From assembly GCA_937900135.1 (NCBI GenBank), contig CALCDJ010000002.1, positions 483 to 64,482 of the forward strand: a stretch of 64,000 nt of DNA, in the 5' to 3' direction. The notes beneath the pieces are model-generated. The model was not told where the DNA came from. It searched no databases and saw only the letters and a program-made list of their open reading frames with translations. The stretch is from an uncultured Blautia sp. Lineage in GTDB: Bacteria > Bacillota > Clostridia > Lachnospirales > Lachnospiraceae. Below, in pieces: positions 36,374 to 48,600 of the stretch. The first letter of the stretch is position 1; each line of letters opens with the position of its first letter. The position numbers and the translations under genes were made by a program.

Positions 36374-38965
36374 ATGAAAAACCGAACAAAAACAGACAGC
36401 ACATCCAATCAGGGCTTTTCGCTTTTTACGGTGATCGTGGCCCTGGCTTTTATAGGAATCCTTGCCATGCTGGCCATTTATCTGTCCATGGCAAACCTCC
36501 GTATGAAGGTTACGGATATGAAACATAAAGACAATTTTTATACCGCGGAGCAGGCCCTGGAGGAAATCCGGGTGGGACTCCAGGAAGATGTGGGCAATGC
36601 CATGGCACAGGCTTATACATACGTTCTGGAGAATTATTCCAGAATCTCCAGCCAGGAAGCCAGCATGGATGAACTTCGCCAAAGTGTATTCCGGGAACAT
36701 TATGTCAAAGAGCTTACAGGTTTTTTGAAGGAACAAAACAATACAACGAAATATGATCTTGAACATCTGATATCCTATATTGACCAGGGAAAAGACCTGC
36801 TCTCAGGAAATCCGGAATGCCTTATTGTGGTCAATCCCTCTGGAAAGGCCCCGGAGATGCAGGCGGATTTTGAGCGGGGAGTGCTTTTGAAAAATCTGAA
36901 GGTCATCTATGTGGATGCAAAGGGGATTGCCTCAATCATTGAGACAGATATCCGTCTTGGCATTCCAGGTGTACAGTTTCCCACACCGTCCACCCTTCCG
37001 GATCTTATGAACATGATCGTGGTTGCCAATGGAGGGATTCTCTGTAAAGGAGGAACCAATGCCACAGCCAACAGAGACAATCCCATAGAAATCCATGGAA
37101 GTGTATATGCCGGTCTTTTAAATTCAAATGAGACAGAAGCCAGTTCCTCTCTTCCAGGCAAGGCACCAGTCAGCATAAAGGTAGAAGGAAATGCCCATGT
37201 CAAAGTTGGTACCGGAGAACGTCTGGTTTGTCAGGGAGACATCCAGGTGGGGGAACAGGCCGGTTTTTCCACGGATTCTACTGTGGCGCTCTGGGCCAAT
37301 GGGATTTCCCTGGCTTCCGCTGCCGTACAGCTGGAAGGAAAAACTTATCTGGCTGATGACCTTACCGTAGAAAAGGGAACCAACAGTCTGGTAACCTTAT
37401 CCGGAGAGTATTATGGATACGGAACGCCAGAATCTGCCAATCTATCCAAAAATCAAAACTTATTTAACAAGTGGAACCTTTCTGATACAGATAAAAGCAG
37501 CGCCATCACCATCAATGGAAAAAATACCACCATGGATCTTTCCGGCCTGCAAAAGATTATGCTTTCCGGAAAAAACTATATTGGTACCAGCAGCCTTACA
37601 GGTACAAAGCCTGGAACTTCCAAAGCCAGCATTGACAACAAGGATGTGATGATGGGAGAGAGCCTGACGGTAAAAGGAACACAGCTTGCCTATCTGGCGC
37701 CTTCAAGCCTTTTATACGATGGAAAACAGAACAATCCCATGACCTATGACGAATACCTGGAAATCAGTAAAACGACAGATGTAGTTTCAGAAGAAACCTT
37801 CCAAAAGCCCCAGGAAATGTGGAATGGAAAATCCATGGCGCAGCTTGGGCTGAACAAGACTGCTCCTGTAAAATCTGTATTTTATAATGACAATGCAGGA
37901 AAGGGTTCTGTTTATTTTTATCTGAATTTTGACCCGGAAGATTCCAGCGATGCAGCACAGATGGCAGAAGCATCCAAATATGCGGCTTCCTATATGCAGG
38001 AATATTTTCAGAATGAAGCCATGAAAAAACATATGGATGCTTATCTTGATTTTTATTTGAAGGGCGGCGGGATTACCCTGAATGATCCCAATACTTACCT
38101 GCGCTATATCACAAATGGAAATATACTTTCCTACGAAACACAGCAGGATTCCGGACAGTCCCCAAAGGAAACCAAACGCCTTGAGCCAGCTACCAACACG
38201 GATATGAGCATTCTTAATGATGAACAGACCGGGTATCAGGATATGTGGTATGCTTTAAACCGAAAAATGATCAGCAGCCATGAGCTGTTAAATAAAAAAG
38301 TAATAGATCCCAACGGTAGTATAAAAGACAGCGATGGAAATTTCTATCATGATGAAACAGATGAAAACCGAAGTGTCTATGACAATCTGGTCAACGAAGC
38401 AGAAATGTTGTCTTTTATTGTTACTCATACAGGTTCTCCAGTAGAGGGATACTCCAACAGTTATCTCTTTACTGCACCGGAAGCAGACGGCGGACTTACA
38501 GCAGTGATGATGCATAACAGCGGAGAAACTCTCACTTATAAGGTTAAGTCTGGTTCCAGTGTTGATGGAACGCCAACGTATGTTACGAAATCTTTTTCCA
38601 GTACAAAGCAGCCATTTACGATTACCAGTGAACTGGCGCAGAAGCTTCGGCTGGTTGTGTGTACCGGAGATGTAATCATTGAAGAGGGAGTGACCTTTTC
38701 CGGGATTATCATGGCCAAGGGAACCATTACCTTAAATCCAGGCGCAAAATTACATTCTGCGCCCCTGGAAGCAGCCAAAGTATTTCAGGCGCAGATCATT
38801 GGTTCCAGTACCGAGGAAGATCCCATTTCTCCCAAGGATTTCTTCTGGGAGGAGTATGTTCTTGGTAACAGCCAGACCACAGAAAATGGTTCACAAACCG
38901 GCTATTTAAGCGATATTTATGCAGTATCGGATTATGTCAATTACGAAAACTGGAAGAAAAAATAG
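36374..38965 (+). CDS. Large PilX/GspK-like minor pilin lacking Glu5, 863 aa
   Basis: NQG|FSLFTVIVALAF, 'NFYTAEQALEEI', beta-helix-like GDVII..GIIMAKG, C-terminal YENWKKK. Confidence 0.8.
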   Translation: MKNRTKTDSTSNQGFSLFTVIVALAFIGILAMLAIYLSMANLRMKVTDMKHKDNFYTAEQALEEIRVGLQEDVGNAMAQAYTYVLENYSRISSQEASMDELRQSVFREHYVKELTGFLKEQNNTTKYDLEHLISYIDQGKDLLSGNPECLIVVNPSGKAPEMQADFERGVLLKNLKVIYVDAKGIASIIETDIRLGIPGVQFPTPSTLPDLMNMIVVANGGILCKGGTNATANRDNPIEIHGSVYAGLLNSNETEASSSLPGKAPVSIKVEGNAHVKVGTGERLVCQGDIQVGEQAGFSTDSTVALWANGISLASAAVQLEGKTYLADDLTVEKGTNSLVTLSGEYYGYGTPESANLSKNQNLFNKWNLSDTDKSSAITINGKNTTMDLSGLQKIMLSGKNYIGTSSLTGTKPGTSKASIDNKDVMMGESLTVKGTQLAYLAPSSLLYDGKQNNPMTYDEYLEISKTTDVVSEETFQKPQEMWNGKSMAQLGLNKTAPVKSVFYNDNAGKGSVYFYLNFDPEDSSDAAQMAEASKYAASYMQEYFQNEAMKKHMDAYLDFYLKGGGITLNDPNTYLRYITNGNILSYETQQDSGQSPKETKRLEPATNTDMSILNDEQTGYQDMWYALNRKMISSHELLNKKVIDPNGSIKDSDGNFYHDETDENRSVYDNLVNEAEMLSFIVTHTGSPVEGYSNSYLFTAPEADGGLTAVMMHNSGETLTYKVKSGSSVDGTPTYVTKSFSSTKQPFTITSELAQKLRLVVCTGDVIIEEGVTFSGIIMAKGTITLNPGAKLHSAPLEAAKVFQAQIIGSSTEEDPISPKDFFWEEYVLGNSQTTENGSQTGYLSDIYAVSDYVNYENWKKK

Positions 38966-39003
38966 GAAAACCTCACTTTTCCTGTTCCAGAAAGGAATTA
39001 TTT

Positions 39004-39597
39004 ATGAAAAGACAAAACAAAGGGTTTACCCTTGTGGAGATTATCGTTGTGGTATCCATTTTTACCATTTTGTTAGGAATCGGTTCCCTTTCCCTGAATG
39101 GGATTCTGGGATTTCGCGCCCAACGTGCCGCTAATTCCATTGGAGCAGCTCTGGACAAGACAAAGATGGAAGCCATGAGCCGTCTGGCAGGAGAAATGAA
39201 GCTGGAAAAGACAGAAGATGGAACCTACATCAGCTATTATCTTCATCGGGGCGGTGATGGCGAAATTAAGGAAGAAGACCGGGAACGAATTGCCCCTGCC
39301 AACACTTTGATCAGCTATAAAACAAGATCTTCCACTGGCATAGAATCAGAGGAAATTTCTCTGGATAAGGGAACCAGTATCATTTTGACCTATGACCGGG
39401 AAACCGGCGGCTTTCGTCCGATTCAAAGTCAAGTGGTGGAAAACCCGGCTATGTGGGGGGAACTTCAAAGCAGACATGATGTCTCCTTTCACGATACGGA
39501 TAACTACTGTTCCCAGATTATGGTCCGCGGGGGTTTTCGTACCCGTATCCTTACACTGGATATCAACAGCGGAAGTTATGAGATCACAGCCGGATAA
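39004..39597 (+). CDS. Minor pilin (FimT/FimU/GspH-like)
   Basis: NKG|FTLVEIIVVVSIF; 'KTKMEAMSR'. Confidence 0.8.
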   Translation: MKRQNKGFTLVEIIVVVSIFTILLGIGSLSLNGILGFRAQRAANSIGAALDKTKMEAMSRLAGEMKLEKTEDGTYISYYLHRGGDGEIKEEDRERIAPANTLISYKTRSSTGIESEEISLDKGTSIILTYDRETGGFRPIQSQVVENPAMWGELQSRHDVSFHDTDNYCSQIMVRGGFRTRILTLDINSGSYEITAG

Positions 39598-39638
39598 TCA
39601 GATTCTAAATCCCTACTAAATTTGGAAGGAGTCCGTTT

Positions 39639-42569
39639 ATGAAACGCAAAAACAAAGGATTCACATTAATAGAAGTGATGGTGACCATTGCGATCATTGC
39701 CATTTTTACAGGTGTTGTTACCATGTTGATTTCCAATGGCTCCGCCAGCTACCGAAATACCTCCAGCAATGCCAGGGTTCAGATGGAAACACAGGAGACT
39801 CTGGACCAGCTTCAGGATCTGGTCATTGATGCCAACCGGACCATATATTACGGAAATGGAACCGTCGCGGATCTGTCCCTGATTCCCAATGACATTGACG
39901 GAGGGGGGCTTGATGATGCATCTGTTAAAACTCTGGTGGTCTGCAACGCCAGCGACGCCATTTCCGGCGATTCTGCAAAAGAAGACTACGTCTGGGATGT
40001 GATTACATGGAAAGCAGAAGAGCAGAAACTTTATTACAACAGTTACTCCAAAAAAGATCAGCCAAAATATCAGGAGCCTATCCTTACCCCTTCTCCCGCA
40101 GAAGGCGCTCCTTCCCCGGAAGGGGGCGCTTCTGTGGTTTCTGACGCCTCAACTGCAGAAGCCGCAGCTCCCACCCCAGAACCAGTATCTATGGATGGCG
40201 CAGAAACCGTGGTAAGCCAATCTGTATTTGCCAGTGACATTGTGGGATTCTGGGCAGATATCCATGAGGTGGAAACAAAAGGCATCATCCGCTTTCAGAT
40301 TCAGGCCAGAAAAAATTCCAAAACCATCAAAACCCTTCATACGGTAAATCTCCGCAACAAGGTACGAATCGAAAAGCCTGGAGACATTTCCTCCCTGCCT
40401 TCTTCCGATGCCCGGATTGTAATTACCAATCCTCCTGCCGAGCTTTCCGATGACTGCGGCGGATATCTGTTTGAAAAAGTAACCTTTGGAGATGTACAGG
40501 CTGGCTCTATTTCCTGGACAGTAACGGGAGCAAATGGAACAACTGTCAACGGCTGGGGATTCCCGGATTCTTCCTATGGAAAAATGATAATACAGGATCA
40601 TGCGGACTCTCCTGGGAACTTCATTACGGTCACTGTAACAGCAACAAGTATCAGCGGAAAAACCATTTCCGATTCCTGTAAGGTGAAGATTGTGAGCACC
40701 GTGAAAGCTGAGGGATTGATTCCCAACCCCACTCCCCTGATTCTAGGTGTTGGCAATACCTATGATTTAGATGATCTGGTGACATTTTCCGTTCGATATA
40801 GCAACGGAAAGGAAACACCTGTTGAACCAACCTCCATCACATGGAGTGGGAACATTAATACAATAGTCATTTCTCCCAACGGAACGGTATCTGAGATTCC
40901 CCAACCCCTGGGAACAAATCCCTCTAATTCCTTGTACAAGGCAACTGCCACCTACCAGCCAAAAGAAGGAGAGCAGGATATTTCCTTGCAGGCAGAAATT
41001 CCCATTCAGATCGCCCGTGTGGATTTGAAAAAGCCAAACGGAAGTTATTTTGTAGGAGAGAATAAAGAACTGGAGTATGAATATAAAGTGGGGGGTTCTG
41101 TTGTTTCAAATCAAAATGCTACAATCCGTGTCGAAAATACAGACCCAAACAGCCAATCATCTATGAACTATGAGGCTGACAATCCCTTCACTGAAAAAGA
41201 AGTGGGAAACTGGAAGGCCACCATTACGGTTCCTGTGAATGGTTCTGAAAAAACGGTTTCCTCCAGCAGTACATTTCAGGTAGAACAGTCTTCCCTGACA
41301 GCAGAAATCGTGGTCGTAGATCATAAAACCACCCTCCTTCCAGGAGAAGATGCAGAAATGTATCTGGTTTTGAAAGATAAGAATACGGGAGCGATGATAA
41401 CAGAGGCAAGCGTAAGTTGGGATAACAACATAGGTCAAAAAGAATTTGCCGGCAAGCAAGGAAGCGTTACCTTTACTGCCGATGAAAATGACACGTCTGT
41501 AACCATAACAGCAAAATATATTTTAAAGGATTCGATAAAAGGGCAGTACACGAATCCGGAAGGTTTTGCTAACGTAACATTTTCAATCAGCAAATTATTT
41601 ATGACTGTAACCTCTGATCGGTATGAATTGGCCCAAAACAAAAGTGCAAATTTAAAGGCAACTATTCGCAATGCGGAAAACAATGAGGATGTGACGAAGG
41701 ATTATACTATTTCATGGAAAATAGAAAATGAAAATACCTCCTTATATACCCTGACTTCCAATGACCTCATCCCTTCAAATGCAGAATTTAAGGTAACAGG
41801 AGCTGTTACTGAGATCACCTTGGTAAAAATAATAGTAACTGGAACAAAAGGAACTACATCTTTTACGGAAGTTTGCGAATTAACCATTTATCCACCTGAT
41901 ATTTATCAAAAAATATATTATTTGATAGAAAATCAACCACAATCATTGGAACATGGTGAAATATCGGATCATTTCCCCACTGGAACTTTTAAAAGCTATC
42001 TCATGGATTATAATGGAAATTTAAATGAACTATCAGAAGCTGAGAGAAGTAATTTACTTGATATTTCCATGCCAGCAAACAATAACTGGAGTGTAACTTT
42101 AAAAAATCGAAGTCTGTGGGATTCTTTTGAATATATGATGTTGGTAGTAGATTATGATAATGCCAAATACTATTATTATCTCTATCCTGCGGAGTATAAT
42201 GTTTATAATTATAATGCAGTTGGTTTTCCATTGATTTATAAATTTGTCAAGCAAAACATTTTTGTTCCCGGCGATACAAATATGATTCTTAAATCCTGTG
42301 TACTTCTAGATGATGGATACACTTATCAATATGGTAATTATAAATTAAGATATAGTATTCATCGCATGACAGGATGGGATTTTTTTGGGGGCTGGATAAA
42401 TAGTTCTGCAGGAAAATGGTTTTTGGAAATAAACGATAAATATTACAGATATAGCCCTTCTAATAAGCGATGGGAACAATGGCTAGGTGTTCATAAGGTT
42501 ACAGAAGTTCATATTAGAGAACATTGGAACAATTCTTCACTAGATTCTCACTGGCAAAAATGGAACTAA
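39639..42569 (+). CDS. Giant modular minor pilin (PilW/GspJ-like N-domain plus tandem Ig-like domains), 976 aa
   Basis: NKG|FTLIEVMVTIAII, 'QMETQETLDQL', pilin domain ending VNLRN, then Thr/Val-rich beta domains and an aromatic C-terminus. Confidence 0.8.
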   Translation: MKRKNKGFTLIEVMVTIAIIAIFTGVVTMLISNGSASYRNTSSNARVQMETQETLDQLQDLVIDANRTIYYGNGTVADLSLIPNDIDGGGLDDASVKTLVVCNASDAISGDSAKEDYVWDVITWKAEEQKLYYNSYSKKDQPKYQEPILTPSPAEGAPSPEGGASVVSDASTAEAAAPTPEPVSMDGAETVVSQSVFASDIVGFWADIHEVETKGIIRFQIQARKNSKTIKTLHTVNLRNKVRIEKPGDISSLPSSDARIVITNPPAELSDDCGGYLFEKVTFGDVQAGSISWTVTGANGTTVNGWGFPDSSYGKMIIQDHADSPGNFITVTVTATSISGKTISDSCKVKIVSTVKAEGLIPNPTPLILGVGNTYDLDDLVTFSVRYSNGKETPVEPTSITWSGNINTIVISPNGTVSEIPQPLGTNPSNSLYKATATYQPKEGEQDISLQAEIPIQIARVDLKKPNGSYFVGENKELEYEYKVGGSVVSNQNATIRVENTDPNSQSSMNYEADNPFTEKEVGNWKATITVPVNGSEKTVSSSSTFQVEQSSLTAEIVVVDHKTTLLPGEDAEMYLVLKDKNTGAMITEASVSWDNNIGQKEFAGKQGSVTFTADENDTSVTITAKYILKDSIKGQYTNPEGFANVTFSISKLFMTVTSDRYELAQNKSANLKATIRNAENNEDVTKDYTISWKIENENTSLYTLTSNDLIPSNAEFKVTGAVTEITLVKIIVTGTKGTTSFTEVCELTIYPPDIYQKIYYLIENQPQSLEHGEISDHFPTGTFKSYLMDYNGNLNELSEAERSNLLDISMPANNNWSVTLKNRSLWDSFEYMMLVVDYDNAKYYYYLYPAEYNVYNYNAVGFPLIYKFVKQNIFVPGDTNMILKSCVLLDDGYTYQYGNYKLRYSIHRMTGWDFFGGWINSSAGKWFLEINDKYYRYSPSNKRWEQWLGVHKVTEVHIREHWNNSSLDSHWQKWN

Positions 42570-42619
42570 CCCCATCTCATCAACTATTTCAGCCAAGCAG
42601 AAAAGGAGGTCTCCCTCAT

Positions 42620-45600
42620 ATGAGACAGAAACATAAAAAAATACTTCTTGCGGGGACAGCCACCACCGTGGCCGGAGTGCTGGGAATTGGCACCTTGCTG
42701 ACCAGTCATCTTACTGTGCAGGCGTCTCCGGAAATGATGCCCGGAATTGAAACCATTGTGGAGGAAACCTCCCAGGAAGCGCCTTTCCGTATTCTGGAAA
42801 TCGTGGACGACAAAAAAGATGCGGAAATGGGCTGGTATGTTTCCGGTCAGGAACCCTATATCAAGTTGTATTCCTATACAGATAAAGATGGGCAGGTCAT
42901 GACCTTTTCTACCCTGGAAGAAGGTCTGGCCAAGCTGCCTACGAAAGAGCTTCGTGAGCAATTTGCCAGAAACATCACATACGAAAAAGACGAAAAAGGA
43001 GAAATAATAGAAACACCCACTTTTAAGGATGTTTCCTATGCCTCCTATACAGGGGCAAACGGAACAAAAGAAGAGGACTATCCTTTGTCTTATACCCCTT
43101 ACCAGGAAAAATACTTTCTAAGTAATGAGGACGAGGAAGCTCAATGGAACAGAATTGATTTTTCTGAAATCCGAACTGTTACTGTGAAGGGAAGTTATGT
43201 GGAAAATCCAGCCGGAACCGGAAATTATACTAAAGAAGAGCAATCCTATTATCCCATACGAGAGGACAATCTGGACGATGCGGGACAAAAGCTGGATACT
43301 CAGGGAAAAGAAGGACTGTTCCGGGAAAATATCAGAAACTTTCTCCCTTCCGAGTCCCCGGATGGAGGGGGAAATGCCGCTTATCATCTGGTATTTCAGG
43401 CAGTTGAAAACAATTCCTTCAACCAAAATCTGAAAGATCTTTATGATCCTGAAAAAAAAGAGCAAATTACCCAAAATCCCATCTGGAAAGCCTACAATTA
43501 CAGCGAAAAATGGGATGCAAAGGAGGAGGGGAACTCCTCCTGCTATGGTTACGGCTATTACGAAAATACCTACGAAGCTCTGACCGCCAGGATTATGGAA
43601 GACATTCTGCCTACTGCGCAGGACCCGGAAAAATTAATCAAATATACTTTTCCCGGAGAAAACCCTTCCGTTACCATAGAGACAAGGAAGATTCCTGGAC
43701 TCTATGTCCCGGAAAGCAAATTATTTGGTTCTGGCGAAATTTCCCTTCCCCAGGATTCCTCCACAGATGAAATCGCCCCCTTTGACGGAATAGAAGCCAT
43801 TCCTGATGGGGATCTATTTGGAGATGGTTCCTTTGGAGATGGAAGCGCTGCCGCAGACGATTTTTCAGCCATGTCCTTTTCATCCATGCCTGGAGCAAAT
43901 GTGATAAATCTTTCTTTCGAGGAGACGACACCTGTAGAACCTGTGCAGAATTTTGATCAGGAGGATACTCAGATTTTTCAGCCGGAACAGGGAATCGAAA
44001 ATCCAGAGGGCGCTTTCTCTCAAACTCCAGATACTTCTGCGGAAAATGAAGAAATTTCCAACACGGTCAATGAGGTACTTGGAGCTATCGCAGAGAAGGA
44101 AACGGCAGGTACACAAAAAAATCCCTATATTTATATTGCAGAAGAACTGCAGGCTTTTCCCTATTACAGGTATCGAAAAGTGGGAGATCTGCAGTTTATA
44201 AAAGATACTGCCGTTCCTTATAATAAGGAGCATCCCTATGAACCGAATCCAAAATCATTTTTAAACATCAGTATTGACAAAAATGGTCAGTATCTGTACT
44301 GGACGCCAGATGAAAAACATCCTGGAAACTGGCTTTCCCAGGAATTGTTCATTGTAACGGGACGACAGCCAGTGGCCTACGAAGACCTCCATTCCCTTCC
44401 CGTTGATGAGAATAATAACAGCCTGCTGTATGGGGACTACTATTACAAGGTTGTGGAAAGTTACTTTTGCTGCAGGAAAACAGTTCCCGCCGAAGGAGAG
44501 GAATTAAAACCGGAACACTACCAGTTTTATGGCTGGTATCATCCTTCTTTTCCTGAAAATGAACCCCGGTATCTAAAGGTTGAAAAACCGGAAGAAGCTA
44601 CCTACTACATTTCTGATGCCAAATATACCTATACTCCGGGAAAAGGAGACTATGACTTTGTCCCAGATGAAAACGGCGAAGAACACCGGGTCGAAGTAGA
44701 CCATCTTTTCTATCGAGGGGGCTACCAAAACCACGACTGGCTGAAGCAATATGTCTTTCATCTGAAACAGCCAACAGACGAAAGCTCTCAGACGGTGTGG
44801 GATAAGTTTTCCATCCAGGTAGATACTCTGGAAGCCAACGCCCAGACTACCTTCAGCGACGTAAATTCATCCACAGACGAATTTACTGATAATACCTTTT
44901 CAGATGGTACAGAAGCAGCAGTTATTGATTCCTCCGCCAGGCAGGCAGCAATTTCTCTGGAAGATTACGATCTGATCTATATCAACGGGCATTTATCACC
45001 AGAAACAGCAAACTCCATTGCAAATGCGAATCCTTTTGTTCCCTGTATCATCAATCAGGTTAGAACCGCAGGAGATCAGTCAACTATCATTTCGGAGGCA
45101 TTCCGTGAATACATCAAACAGGAGGATCAGGATCAGGATCAGCATTATGTAAGCCAACAGGTATATTTTTTCAAAAACACATGGCAGCAGGAACCAGATG
45201 GGGATTCTGCCTCTTTACTGAACCTTCAGTTTTTTAAGAACTTCAATCCAGACGCAGAACAGAACGGAACCATCATAGACAACCAACAGACAGAAGGTTT
45301 TGAAGAAATTCTGGAATATATTGAAAAGGAAAACCAATACCGCCAGATTGGAAGCACCGACGTATCTGGCGCAAATACCACAGGCTTCACAGATGGAACC
45401 GAAACTGCCGTCCTCTCAGACGGAACTTCTAAAAACAGGATTCCTCTGCTGGATAAAACGCTTTCTCAGGCAAGGGCAATTGAATATATTTTAAATTACA
45501 GGCATAAGAGAAAAGATGCTCCTTCCGGCCCCATTCGTATCTTAGAACTGGAACCAGGAAAATGGAAAAAACCTTTGACAGCAAAAGAAGTATTAGAATG

Positions 45601-48600
45601 GTTTGGATATGGATATACCATTAAAACTTGTTGCTATAATCAGACTTCAAACAACCATGATGGTTCCTCGGATTTTATGTGTGATGGGAACACTGGTACC
45701 TGGTGGCATTCTTCTTACAAAGAGACTGATGGCAGTTATCATTTAAATAAATCCTCACAACACACTATTATAATCACCATGGATCGGCCCAACGACTATG
45801 TTTCTGGAATTCAATATACTCCAAGAACAGATACTTCACAAAATGGTATTTTAAAAACATATAAGCTGGAAGCTTTTGATGATAACGATCAACCTCTTCA
45901 AAAGCAATCAGGAGAAATTGATGAGCAGCATAAATCTGAAGTTCAAACATTATCGTTTTCCACTCCTTTGTATGGAGTAAAAACTATAAAATTAACTTTT
46001 GTTTCCTCATTTAGTGATGGTGGAAACAAAAGTTATGCTTCCTGTGCTGAATTAAAAGTGCTTTTCCATAATTTACAGGATATCCAGATTGATACCATGA
46101 CCACTTCTGAATTTGTGGGACATATTGAAGATATCAACACCAAATATAATATGGTTTATTTAGGGGATGATGACTCTGAATTAGACTATTTAGGATATTT
46201 CCGACCAAACGAAAATGTTCTGTATTATCATATTGGAAAAGAAGTAAATGGGTATGCGGAATTACTTGGACTTATGGATCATGATTATACTGTTGACTCT
46301 TCAGGAAAACGAATAGGGGCTGCCCTTATCGGAAACAAGGATCCAAAAACCAAAACCCCAATTGGCACTGTGCGAGGTTCGGGAAACGATATTACAGAAT
46401 ATGTCAAAGAAAAATTAGTTGATTTTGCTAAAAGTGGATATCCTGTTGTCGTTGCTGGTCAGATTTATGGGGAAAATAAAACGATTTCTACGGAGCTGGT
46501 AGATAATTCTTCTTATATTTATGATTTTCTATCTGAAATCAGAAGTTTTCAAAATGTTTACCGGGAAGAGGAACTTTCTGTTGATACCATTTTTTACTTA
46601 AATTTGCCAAAACCCAAAATCGTTTTTGCAGAAGTTAATGGAACTCCACCTTCTGTTGTTGGAGAAACTGACGGTTCAGGTCCTTCTAAAAATTATTTAA
46701 CAGCTTCTTCCTTAACCTTCCAGTTTGAAATTCAGGATGAAGCACAGGCATCACCTGCTAATGCAACTTATGATTGTGAATTATTTTTAGATTTGAACTG
46801 CGATGGTAATTTTTCTAAATCAGAAAAAATGGAAGATATTCTTATCAGAGAAAATGGAAAGGAAATATTGAAGGGAGAAGAGCAAACATACCAGTTATCC
46901 TTAAATCATTCCTATACAGTTTCCAGAACCATTCCAGAAGAATACATCAAACTGATTCCATGGAAGTTAGTAGTTACCAATAACCAGCGGAATGAAATTC
47001 GAACCTCTGAAATTGGATACACGAAACGAAAAAGTTCTGGAACTGACATGAATACTATTCAGGTTCTTCAAATCACTCCCAATAAAGATTGTACCTGGAA
47101 TTTAAATGATGCAGACTTCCAGACATTATTTGATAGTATTAAAGAAGATTTTTCTGTAACTATTGAGCAAATCACCGTTGAAGAGTATGAAAAAAAATAC
47201 AAAGATGATGAAAATTACCTGGACAACTACCATATGTTGATTGTAGGCTTTGGGGACGGTGCTGCATATGGGGAAAAGGATTCCTTTTATCCCGGAAATT
47301 TTACAGAGAATGGCGTAAACGGTATTATGAAGTTTGCAAAAACAGGAAAAAGTGTTATCCTATCTCATGACAATACCTCTTCCTCCAATTATGACCGAGA
47401 GGCTGGAATTGATAATCCAAATAGTAGCAAAATATGGAAAGGTTGGGCATATTATTTCAACCAGGTTATCCGTCCATTGTCTGGTATGGATCGCTATGGA
47501 ATTACAGATCCGGAACTGTCTTCTATTTTAAAAAAGGCACAGGAACTGTCCATAGACAAGACAACAATGGAATGGAATTCTTTGTTAAAAGCGCCTTTTG
47601 ACGTTGCCTATTCATTGAATGGAAACAAAACGCAATCCTATTCAGAAACACAGGGATTTACCAATGCCAAACTGGTATCCACAACGGAAGGCTGTCCTCA
47701 CCCCAATAATAGGTTAGACAATACCAGTGTTTCTCAGGTAAATCAAGGTGCAATTACAGAATATCCATATAAAATCAGTAACTCTTTTAACGTAGCAAAT
47801 ACCCATCCACAGTATTACCAACTTGCACTGGAAGAAGATTCCGATAACGATGGATATGGAGATGTGGTAGTTTGGTATTGTCTTGGCACACCAAACGCCC
47901 AAAATCCCTATTACGAACATACACCAAACGATGTCAGAAATAACTATTATATCTATAGCTATAAAAACATTATTTATACAGGAGTCGGACATAACAAGGG
48001 TATGACAGAGATGGAGCGAAAACTCTTTGTCAACACAATTATTGCTGCATACAATGCACAGGCCGTAAATCCAAATCTTTCCTTTGTAAGTACTCAGGAT
48101 ATGGATGCACCAGAAGAGGATGTAGTCTATTACAGTTTAGACCATAGTTCCTTAGAAGAGGAATTACTATTTGACAGGCAGGACTTTTTCCTGAAAGTTA
48201 CAGATAATAATTTAGTAGGAACTTCCTTTGGCGGTTCAACCATGAAAGACTTAAAACTTGAGTTATTTATAGAATCAGACAGAGGAACGCATGAAGAAGG
48301 TATCGGAGATACTAACACAAAAACAGAAAAACTTCCGCTTGGCATTGACAAAAATATTATTCAGATTCTGAATTCTGCAGGAATACCTGTCGCTCCTGAT
48401 ACACAAGGAAATATTTATGTAAAAAGCGGAAATGTATACAAATTCACCTTACATAACCTACAAAAATATCTCCTTGATGAAAATCAGGATTTTAAAGAAA
48501 GTGTTAAATTGTATGCAAAAGTTTCCTGTGAATATCTGTACTATGGAAAACCCAAAACTGCACAAGCCATTGCTCAAATCAGTATTAACCAACGACAGCT

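Noticed and set aside
45125..45142. (GATCAG)x3 as a contingency repeat
   Set aside because: In-frame hexamer with only three units; would not switch expression.
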